The notes beneath the pieces were generated by a model. That model had not been told where the DNA came from, searched no databases, and was given only the letters and a program-made list of their open reading frames with translations. The translations under genes were made by a program, and so were the position numbers. A stretch of DNA of 10,605 nucleotides, taken from the NCBI GenBank assembly GCA_029838215.1, contig JALGVI010000094.1, positions 1 through 10,605 of the forward strand, read 5' to 3'. Source of the stretch: Candidatus Helarchaeota archaeon. GTDB taxonomy: Archaea > Asgardarchaeota > Lokiarchaeia > Helarchaeales > RDOG01. Positions 1 through 7,296 of this stretch are shown here, piece after piece (within the stretch, counting starts at the first letter, position 1; each line of letters begins with the position of its first letter).

Positions 1-93
1 GCACCCGGTACTTCCAACGCTGAAACCGTGGAGGGAGGCGATCTCGGCGAAAGGAATTTAAGTCGGGAACCGCGAGAATTAAGTCGGAACTAA
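1..93 (+). other. Possible 3' end of an upstream CDS cut by the window edge (frame undetermined)
   Basis: Locally GC-richer stretch. Frame 1 is open to TAA at 91-93 and frame 2 is open to TAA at 59-61 (HPVLPTLKPWREAISAKGI*). No recognisable motif; a structured RNA end is not excluded. Confidence 0.25.
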
Positions 94-150
94 AGAATTT
101 CTGACCAGCCTAATGAATTTTAAAAGCAATCTAAATGATTTGACTAACGT

Positions 151-167
151 GAAATTCCTTTTAAATA
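151..167 (+). promoter_or_regulatory. Candidate BRE/TATA promoter for the GTPase gene
   Basis: GAAATTCC followed by TTTAAATA (160-167) matches the archaeal TATA consensus. An alternative TATA-like TATAAAT lies near 220-226. Confidence 0.35.
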
Positions 168-280
168 CCTAAATCACTTTCTAGGCAAATTTTTCGGTTT
201 CTCACCTTGAAAAGATAGATATAAATTCTTTAATATCAACATAAGTTCAAGGATATTTGAAAACAGGATCGTGAAGTATT

Positions 281-1009
281 GTGAAAATAATTGTCACCGG
301 TCCATTCCATGCAGGTAAATCGACATTTGTTAAAATGTTTTGTAACAAGAATTCGATAAACCTTCAAAAGATGGGAATTGATGGACTTACCACGGTTGCG
401 TTAGATTTTGGCATTCGAGAGTTTGAAGATTTAAAAATCTCCGTCTTTGGAACCCCCGGGAAAACACACTTCAGCGTTGTTCGGGAGGTCTTATCACTTG
501 GTGCAGATGGTATCATCTTCGTGATTGATTCGGCGGACCCTACATTGGACGAAGAGACTAAATTGATTTGGGCGGAAATTAAAAAATATTTACCAGATGT
601 ACCCATTGTTTTCGTTGCAAACAAGCAAGATTTACCAATTGCACGATCCATTGAAGAATTACGTGAGACCTTTGGGTTTCTCAACTCTGATGACGTGAAT
701 ATCGTTCCAACGGTTGCAAAAGATAATTCGAATTTAGACCAAGCCATGCATATCTTGTTGAGAAAATGCATCGACAAGATCCTTCCACTAATGTCTCAAT
801 TAAACAAATATCACGGAAAAGTCCAAGGTGTTGAAAAATTGGCAAAGGAACTCAACAAGCCCATAACCGAAATCAGAGCCTACTTGAGATGGTTGGAAAA
901 CCGCATGTTGCTATCCGTTGATTGGAGACATCACGTTTTTTGGTTATCCGATTCCATAAAACACATTATGGATGGATTGGGGAAAAAAAGTCCTGCTAAT
1001 CAATCCTGA
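281..1009 (+). CDS. MglA/CvnD-type small GTPase with C-terminal winged helix-turn-helix extension
   Basis: GTG start. G1 GPFHAGKST, G2 TTVALDFG, G3 FGTPGK, G4 NKQD, G5-like TVAKD. The last ~70 aa include VEKLAKELNKPITEIRAYLRWLENRMLLSV, which has a wHTH hydrophobic pattern. Confidence 0.88.
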   Translation: MKIIVTGPFHAGKSTFVKMFCNKNSINLQKMGIDGLTTVALDFGIREFEDLKISVFGTPGKTHFSVVREVLSLGADGIIFVIDSADPTLDEETKLIWAEIKKYLPDVPIVFVANKQDLPIARSIEELRETFGFLNSDDVNIVPTVAKDNSNLDQAMHILLRKCIDKILPLMSQLNKYHGKVQGVEKLAKELNKPITEIRAYLRWLENRMLLSVDWRHHVFWLSDSIKHIMDGLGKKSPANQS

Positions 1010-2102
1010 GTATCTTTTTTGCTAAAACTCTTAGTTTCTTTTTCTTTTCTTGATGTTTTTGTACAAAATTTAATACAATATCAATAACTCGTTTCTTGCA
1101 TTCTCCACATAGCACCGTTCCCGTCGTGCAATTAACACGAAACGTCTCAAGTTCCTTATCATCCTCAAGAAAATGAAATTTAATAAGGTCATAGACTCGA
1201 CATTTTTGCGGTTCTCCTCCTGCTTGTCGTTGTTCTTTTGCAGTTGCTCTTCCTCCTGTTAAAGCGTTTTGAATTTTTTTAGTAATGGAAGCTGGTTCTT
1301 CGTCCAAGGAAAAATAACTCATTGGACTTCTCTTGCTCATTTTTGGAGAACCATCAAGTCCTTGGAGTAACTTGTGAAACGTGGCTGAAGGTGGTATCAA
1401 TCGTAATTTTCGTGCAAGATCTCGGGATAATCTAATATGAGGTGCCTGATCCACTCCAACAGGAATGACTGTCGGATTTGGTCCACCAAATTTTTCATGT
1501 TGCGGGAGAAGAATGTCCCCAACCTGAACGAGTGCTGCCATGTATAACCCAAAATTGGTTTTTTCTCCATAAATCGCACGTAATTGGTTTTGTGTCACGC
1601 GTCCACCATAAATAAATGCAAGTCGCATGACAGTTTCTTCCCGTGATTGGCGATATATGTAGGCTTTTTCAGGATCTAATCCAAGGGCGAGGATGTCTGC
1701 AAGATTGTCTATGGAATATTCAATGGATTCTTTCGAATCGATTGGAATTTTATTATCTTCATATGCTTCAATATCCGCAATGCAGTAAAAAGGAGTTCCG
1801 CCCATCTCCTGAAACATGACGATTTCTGTAGCCGTTAGAAGGGATCCCAAATGAAACTTGTAACTGGGCTTGATGCCACTCAATACTGACCATTGTTTCC
1901 CATTTTGAATGGCATTTAATATGGGTTTCAAGTCTGTATGTGCAAAAATAATGCCTCTTCGCAGGAATTTATGACCTTTTTTAAATAGAGATAACAATGG
2001 CTTAATATATTCGATTCCAAATTCCTTAAATAAACGGTCGTAATCATCTATTGAATTTTGACCCCACGGGTCAATGATCTGTTCATCTTGGTCGTTCCTC
2101 AA
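996..2102 (-). CDS. trpS: Tryptophanyl-tRNA synthetase, archaeal/eukaryal type
   Basis: TTG start with AGGGGT about 7 nt upstream. IIDPWG N-terminus, FLRRGIIFAH, HIGH-like HLGS, PVGVDQAPHIRLSRDLA, KMSKS-like KMSKR, ALTGGRAT..EQRQ.GG.P. Confidence 0.95.
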   Translation of the reverse strand: MRNDQDEQIIDPWGQNSIDDYDRLFKEFGIEYIKPLLSLFKKGHKFLRRGIIFAHTDLKPILNAIQNGKQWSVLSGIKPSYKFHLGSLLTATEIVMFQEMGGTPFYCIADIEAYEDNKIPIDSKESIEYSIDNLADILALGLDPEKAYIYRQSREETVMRLAFIYGGRVTQNQLRAIYGEKTNFGLYMAALVQVGDILLPQHEKFGGPNPTVIPVGVDQAPHIRLSRDLARKLRLIPPSATFHKLLQGLDGSPKMSKRSPMSYFSLDEEPASITKKIQNALTGGRATAKEQRQAGGEPQKCRVYDLIKFHFLEDDKELETFRVNCTTGTVLCGECKKRVIDIVLNFVQKHQEKKKKLRVLAKKILRID

Positions 2103-2338
2103 TTAAGAAACCCCTTTGATTTTTCAGTTAAAATGACACTTATCAATCCTTCAATTCAAGCACGAGTTTTTGCTCGTGAATTTATTCTCTTGAAGCAAGA
2201 TTGGTTTAGAAATCAACGTGAAATTTTCTTTTAATTTTAATGGATTTTTGGAATTCCGTTTTCTAATTAAAATTTGATTAATAAATAACCAAAATTAATT
2301 TAATCTTGAAACCTAAAACATATTTGATTTGAGACAAA

Positions 2339-2364
2339 TTTAAACGACTTGAAAATCGATTTTC
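2339..2364 (+). promoter_or_regulatory. Candidate TATA box plus adjacent palindromic operator for the Rab-like gene
   Basis: TTTAAA at 2339-2344, followed by the perfect 14-bp palindrome GAAAATCGATTTTC at 2351-2364. Confidence 0.3.
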
Positions 2365-2411
2365 TAGCAAGAAACTTTTCGTTAATCATCACGTGATGGT
2401 GGTAAATAAGA

Positions 2412-2954
2412 TTGGCACAAAGTGGAAGTCTGGTTCGCGAAAAAAGATGCAAGATCATTGTCGTTGGAGATCCTGCCGTCGGCAAGACAAGCCTCATTCG
2501 GCAATATGCCGATAAGAAATTTGCCGATGAATATATTAGCACGATTGGATTTGAAATTTCGAAAGTCATTCACGTAGATCCAAGAGATAACGAAACATAT
2601 TCACTTCTCATCTGGGATTTAGCAGGTCAACCTCAATTCGGTCAAATTCGCCCCAGATTCTATCAAGGTGCCAGTGCGGTCATATTCATGTTTGATTTAA
2701 CGAGTCAACCATCTCTCTACAATATAAAAGACTGGTATCAGGAAATGGCCAGTAACATCGATGGTCCGACACCGGCTTGCATTCTAGTAGGAAATAAATT
2801 GGATTTGCCGAGAAAAATCATCAATCCCATCTGTAGAAACAAGGCAAGAGAATTGAAGATGGACTATTTAGAAGTTTCTGCAAAAACAGGTTATAACGTC
2901 AGAAAAGTTTTTGATATTTTAATGCAAAGAATCAAGGAAATACCTTCAGGCTAA
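2412..2954 (+). CDS. Rab-like small GTPase (Ras superfamily)
   Basis: TTG start after GGTGGT. G1 GDPAVGKTS, G2 YISTIG, G3 WDLAGQ, RabF-like RFYQGA and FMFDLT, G4 GNKLD, G5 EVSAKTG. Ends EIPSG with no C-terminal Cys. Confidence 0.93.
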   Translation: MAQSGSLVREKRCKIIVVGDPAVGKTSLIRQYADKKFADEYISTIGFEISKVIHVDPRDNETYSLLIWDLAGQPQFGQIRPRFYQGASAVIFMFDLTSQPSLYNIKDWYQEMASNIDGPTPACILVGNKLDLPRKIINPICRNKARELKMDYLEVSAKTGYNVRKVFDILMQRIKEIPSG

Positions 2955-3854
2955 ATTATAGAGTTTTTTCCACGTGTAATGAAGTTCGGTTACGAGTTCT
3001 TTAAAATCATCATTCATTTCTAAATCACTTGAAGAAAAAACGATTAGGTTAAATCTGGAACCCCTATTTTTTTGTATGGTGGCTTTAAAACCTTGATTTC
3101 TTAATTTTTTCTTCCATGCCTTGACCTGACCACTTAAATCACCCTTCAAGACGAGAGAATTTATGTCAAATCCATGCATTTTTTTATAATAAAAATGAGC
3201 GAAAATTCTATTCTTGGTCAAGAGATAATTTATCCGGTATTTGCAGGAGAGATAGTTACAAGACAATCGACCATCTAATTGTTCTTTCAGAAAATTCTCA
3301 AACAGGGAAATGAATTTCCAAAGTTTTTCTTGTTTTTTTATCGATTCCTTTATTGATTTTAATCTTTGAATGGAAGCTAAGAATTTCCTGGAAAAATCAA
3401 ATTTTAACTTAATAGCTCCCGAAACGCCGATTTTCCACATGAAGATATCCAGCATTGCTAAATCGTTAGACTCAGCATATTTTTTTGGGTCTATTACGAT
3501 TCCAATGGCATCTGAAAAAAGCCTTTGATATCTTTTTTGTGTATTCACGTCTGTCTGCGAAAAGAAATGAGCCCCCATTCCCGGATGCGTGTGGTACCAC
3601 CCAATTATCGATTTATTTAAATTCCACTTTTGCAGTTTTTCTGCTATTCTTGCCATTTCCAAATCGTTGAAGGTGACATGCACGCGGTTCGCAGTCTGCT
3701 TGACCGCTTCGACATCTGTTACAATGAGGGAAGACCCGCTCATCTTCCCTATCAAAAAACCGCCCACTTCTTTTTTCAACGAGATGGAAGCGTGTTCAAT
3801 CATATCAAAAAAGGCATGAGGAAGAAATTCGATTTTTTTAAAATCTGTCGTCAT
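2946..3854 (-). CDS. JAB1/MPN+ (JAMM) metalloprotease, Rpn11/CSN5-like, with ~150-aa C-terminal extension
   Basis: EVGGFLIG with the catalytic Glu (codon 3768-3770), IGWYHTHPGMGAHFFSQTDVNTQ carrying the His, His, Ser and Asp ligands, and the IVIDP strand. Confidence 0.9.
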   Translation of the reverse strand: MTTDFKKIEFLPHAFFDMIEHASISLKKEVGGFLIGKMSGSSLIVTDVEAVKQTANRVHVTFNDLEMARIAEKLQKWNLNKSIIGWYHTHPGMGAHFFSQTDVNTQKRYQRLFSDAIGIVIDPKKYAESNDLAMLDIFMWKIGVSGAIKLKFDFSRKFLASIQRLKSIKESIKKQEKLWKFISLFENFLKEQLDGRLSCNYLSCKYRINYLLTKNRIFAHFYYKKMHGFDINSLVLKGDLSGQVKAWKKKLRNQGFKATIQKNRGSRFNLIVFSSSDLEMNDDFKELVTELHYTWKKLYNLA

Positions 3855-3863
3855 TTCTTTTCT

Positions 3864-4799
3864 CTAAGGATTTTGATTTAATATATTTAGAGCTATTTTT
3901 AAACTCTTTATTCCTTCGGATAAAGGAACGGGATTATCCTTGGCGTATAAAAAGGCATTCAACTCTCTTTTAAGCGGTTCATCGAATATATAAGGTTGGG
4001 ATGTTACTTCGTATTTAATTTGCTGATCTCCGTCAGAACTATAAATTCTCCGCAATTCTTGGGTTGAATAATCAATTTCAAGGACTCCATCACTTCCATA
4101 AATTGTCATCCGACGAAACTTAATTGGCGTGAGCCAATTTAATTCGATGAAGCTGTGCTTGCCATTTTCAAATTCTAAAATAATAAATGCGGCATCTTCG
4201 AATTTCTTGTCAGGATCGTTAAAATAATCAACGGTACCAAAAGATTTAACGGCGGGACCAAGTATGAATTGTTGAAGGTATATCTCGTGAACCCCTAAAT
4301 CCAAAATCACGCCTAAGTTCCACCAGCGGCGCGGGAATCTCCCGATCCTGCGTGAACTCACGTTTAGTATTTCCCCAATTTCTGGGAGAACTTTCTTCGC
4401 CCGTGATACAACAGGATTAAAGAGCTCAATGAATCCGCAGGTGATCCGAACTTTTTTTTCTAAAGGTAGCAATTTCTTTACAGGTTCTAACTCGATTCCC
4501 ATGGGTTTCTCAATTAGCACATCAATTCCCTCTTCCGCAAGATCCTGAGCGATTGTAGGCATGATCTTGGGAGGTAAGACAATGCTCACGGCATCAAGAG
4601 ATTCATTCTTGATCATTTCTTTATGATTTGCATAACAATTAATATCATACGAACGTGCTAATTCTTTAGCTAATTTCGTATTTATATCGCAAACTGCTTT
4701 CAAATTGGAAATTTCATTCAGAACTCTTGTATGAGCCCTCCCGAACCAACCCGTTCCAATTACCGCAGTATTCTTGTTTTCCACGCGTGTCAATTCCAC
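3864..4799 (-). CDS. Gfo/Idh/MocA family NAD(P)-dependent oxidoreductase (possibly a nucleotide-sugar 3-dehydrogenase)
   Basis: GTG start with AAGGT upstream. Rossmann VIGTGWFG, VLIEKP motif, GVILDLGVHEI motif. Only a 9-nt gap to the JAMM gene. Confidence 0.9.
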   Translation of the reverse strand: MELTRVENKNTAVIGTGWFGRAHTRVLNEISNLKAVCDINTKLAKELARSYDINCYANHKEMIKNESLDAVSIVLPPKIMPTIAQDLAEEGIDVLIEKPMGIELEPVKKLLPLEKKVRITCGFIELFNPVVSRAKKVLPEIGEILNVSSRRIGRFPRRWWNLGVILDLGVHEIYLQQFILGPAVKSFGTVDYFNDPDKKFEDAAFIILEFENGKHSFIELNWLTPIKFRRMTIYGSDGVLEIDYSTQELRRIYSSDGDQQIKYEVTSQPYIFDEPLKRELNAFLYAKDNPVPLSEGIKSLKIALNILNQNP

Positions 4800-5020
4800 A
4801 CTACCTTAGTTTGTTTTTCGTGTTCCTTGAAAATATTACCTAAAAAAAGTCTTATATTTTTTAACATAAAAAAGATCCGAGTTTTACGTGGAAGAATTTA
4901 ATAAATCTATTAATTTAAAATTGATAGGAATATCGAATATTTTATCATGGAATGAAATTAAAATCAAGTACTCCATCTTGCATGTCACGAACCGCGTGGA
5001 ATGACCTTGAAGGTGTTTCA

Positions 5021-6019
5021 ATGCCTAAAGATTTTATCACTACTCAGGAATGGGACTTAAACGACCTAAAAGATTTGATAAAATTGGCATTCGATATGAA
5101 AACACACCGTCTTTCGAGCAAATATGATGAGAGCCTTAAAAAAAAGACACTGGTTCTGATTTTCTTCAATCCTTCAACACGCACGCGAATCTCGTTTGAA
5201 GTTGCCATGCATGAACTTGGAGGACACTCTATTTTCATGCCTGCTGATAAAATGTGGATAGGTTCACAATCAGAATCCATCAAGGACACTGCAAAGGTCA
5301 TTTCTCGATATGCCGATGTAATTGCCATTCGGATCTTTCCAAATGTTACCAAATGGAAGCTAGGTGCAAGCCATTCAATCTTGACAGAATTTGCCAAATG
5401 GGCTGATGTTCCTGTCATAAATCTTGAAGATGACATGTTTCATCCATGTCAAGGATTAGCAGATATGATGACAATAAAGGAATTGAAGCACTCTTTTAAA
5501 GGGAAGAAATTGACGCTAAGTTGGGCTTACCATCCAAAGCCATTACCGCTTAGCGTGCCAAATTCCGTCTTGTTAAACGCAACGAGATTTGGGTTAGATG
5601 TAATGGTGACCCATCCCCCTGACTTCGACCTCAGTCCTGATGTCATAAAACAAGCAAGAGAAAATGCAATTAAAAGCGGTGGAAGGCTTGAATTTACGAC
5701 ATCGCTATCAGAGGGTTATTCCGATTCCGATATTATCTATGCAAAGAGCTGGGGTTCCCTAAAATATTATGGGAATCCAAAGGAAGAAAAAAAAATTCGA
5801 CAGCCACATCGACAGGAATGGATTTGCAACAAGAAGTTAATAGCATTGAGCAAACCTGACTCTATTTTCATGCATTGCCTACCTGTGCGGCGAAACGTGG
5901 TCGTGACAGATGGCGTGCTTGATGACCCAACTCATTCAAAAATTTACTTGCAGGCCGAAAATCGCCTACACCTGCAAAAAGCATTACTCTTCCACCTGCT
6001 AATAGAAATGCGTTTTTAA
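5021..6019 (+). CDS. argF: N-acyl-ornithine carbamoyltransferase-like enzyme (ArgF', AOTCase/SOTCase family)
   Basis: STRTR carbamoyl-phosphate motif, HPCQ, SWAYHPKPL, YAKSWG, HCLPVRRN, QAENRLH. The start is placed at ATG 5021 rather than 4952 because GAAGGTG precedes it and MPKDFITTQEW matches the family N-terminus. Confidence 0.88.
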   Translation: MPKDFITTQEWDLNDLKDLIKLAFDMKTHRLSSKYDESLKKKTLVLIFFNPSTRTRISFEVAMHELGGHSIFMPADKMWIGSQSESIKDTAKVISRYADVIAIRIFPNVTKWKLGASHSILTEFAKWADVPVINLEDDMFHPCQGLADMMTIKELKHSFKGKKLTLSWAYHPKPLPLSVPNSVLLNATRFGLDVMVTHPPDFDLSPDVIKQARENAIKSGGRLEFTTSLSEGYSDSDIIYAKSWGSLKYYGNPKEEKKIRQPHRQEWICNKKLIALSKPDSIFMHCLPVRRNVVVTDGVLDDPTHSKIYLQAENRLHLQKALLFHLLIEMRF

Positions 6020-6035
6020 TACAATGAGGAAATAA

Positions 6036-7280
6036 ATGATGTTTGAGAAACTTACACCCCCATCTGAAGGAGAAAAAATCATTATTGAAAATGGAAAAAT
6101 GATCGTTCCGGATAATCCCATCATTCCATTCATAGAAGGTGATGGAATTGGTCCCGACATAATGCGTGCTTGCCACCGAGTCGTTAATGCCGCCGTTGAA
6201 AAGGCATTTAATGGATCGCGAAAAATTGTCTGGTTTGAAATCATGGCTGGTGAAAAAGGTCAAAAAATCTACGGAACAGTTTTGCCCGAAGATACTTATA
6301 ATGCAATAAAGGAATACATCGTTGCCATAAAAGGTCCATTGACCACGCCTGTAGGTGGTGGTTTTCGAAGCCTTAACGTGACCTTGCGCAAGTATTTTGA
6401 CCTCTATTCATGCATTCGTCCTGTAAAATATTATGAAGGCGTTCCAAGTCCCGTGATGCATCCCGAAAGAATGGACATTGTCATATTCCGCGAAAATACG
6501 GAAGACGTCTATTCAGGAATCGAGTGGCGAGAAGGATCAAAGGAAGCACTTGATATTTTAGAATACCTGAAGAAAAATTTCAATATTGAAGTACCAAAAG
6601 ACTCTGGGATAGGTTTAAAACCAATTAGCATTCGAAAATCTAAAAGGCTAGTGAGAGCGGCAATTAATTATGCCATTGAACATGACAGAAAAGTCGTGAC
6701 TCTCGTTCATAAAGGAAACATCATGAAATTCACCGAAGGATCATTTCGTGATTGGGGATATGAAGTTGCAGTTGAAGAGTTTAGGGACAAGATCATCACT
6801 GAAAAAGAGCTATGGAGCCCTCCCCATGATGGAAAATTACCCGAAGGAAAAATCCTCATCAATGATAGAATCGCTGATAGCATGTTTCAGCAAATCTTGA
6901 CACGAACGGCTGAATATGATGTCATTGCAACAATGAATCTCAATGGCGATTATCTCTCAGATGCGGCAGCCGCACAAATCGGCGGTCTTGGACTTGCACC
7001 GGGTGCTAACATTGGCGACCACATCGCCTTGTTTGAACCAACTCATGGAAGCGCACCAAAATACACGAACCAAGATAAAGTAAATCCAAGCTCATTAATT
7101 CTTTCAGCAGTCTTGATGCTTGACTATCTGGGTTGGTCTGAAGCAGGACGGTTGATTGAAGAGTCAATTAAAAAAACCATCAAGCAGAAAAAAGTAACTT
7201 ATGACCTGGCTCGATTAATGGAAAGCGTTTCCCCCATCAAGTGTTCCGAGTATGCAACTGCTATCATTGATAACTTATAA
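6036..7280 (+). CDS. icd: Isocitrate dehydrogenase, homodimeric E. coli-type, likely NADP+-dependent
   Basis: [54 protein letters not shown] and VTYDLAR carry the Lys/Tyr/Tyr/Arg set associated with NADP specificity. GAGGA RBS. Confidence 0.97.
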   Translation: MMFEKLTPPSEGEKIIIENGKMIVPDNPIIPFIEGDGIGPDIMRACHRVVNAAVEKAFNGSRKIVWFEIMAGEKGQKIYGTVLPEDTYNAIKEYIVAIKGPLTTPVGGGFRSLNVTLRKYFDLYSCIRPVKYYEGVPSPVMHPERMDIVIFRENTEDVYSGIEWREGSKEALDILEYLKKNFNIEVPKDSGIGLKPISIRKSKRLVRAAINYAIEHDRKVVTLVHKGNIMKFTEGSFRDWGYEVAVEEFRDKIITEKELWSPPHDGKLPEGKILINDRIADSMFQQILTRTAEYDVIATMNLNGDYLSDAAAAQIGGLGLAPGANIGDHIALFEPTHGSAPKYTNQDKVNPSSLILSAVLMLDYLGWSEAGRLIEESIKKTIKQKKVTYDLARLMESVSPIKCSEYATAIIDNL

Positions 7281-7296
7281 AATTTTTAATCGTAGG

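Noticed and set aside
364-777. 137-aa antisense ORF
   Set aside because: Shadow of the GTPase gene; Ser-rich with no motifs.
1397-1579. 60-aa alternative-frame ORF inside trpS
   Set aside because: Fully overlaps a conserved gene, with no motif or RBS.
2300-2573. Two minus-strand ORFs (89 and 63 aa)
   Set aside because: They overlap the well-supported Rab gene in antisense and have no recognisable domain.
3485-3881. Three short plus-strand ORFs
   Set aside because: Antisense shadows of the JAMM gene.
4952-5020. N-terminal 23 codons of the called transcarbamylase ORF
   Set aside because: The RBS position and family N-terminus support ATG 5021 instead.
5044-6263. Minus-strand ORFs of 130, 131 and 81 aa
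   Set aside because: Antisense to argF and icd, with no independent support.
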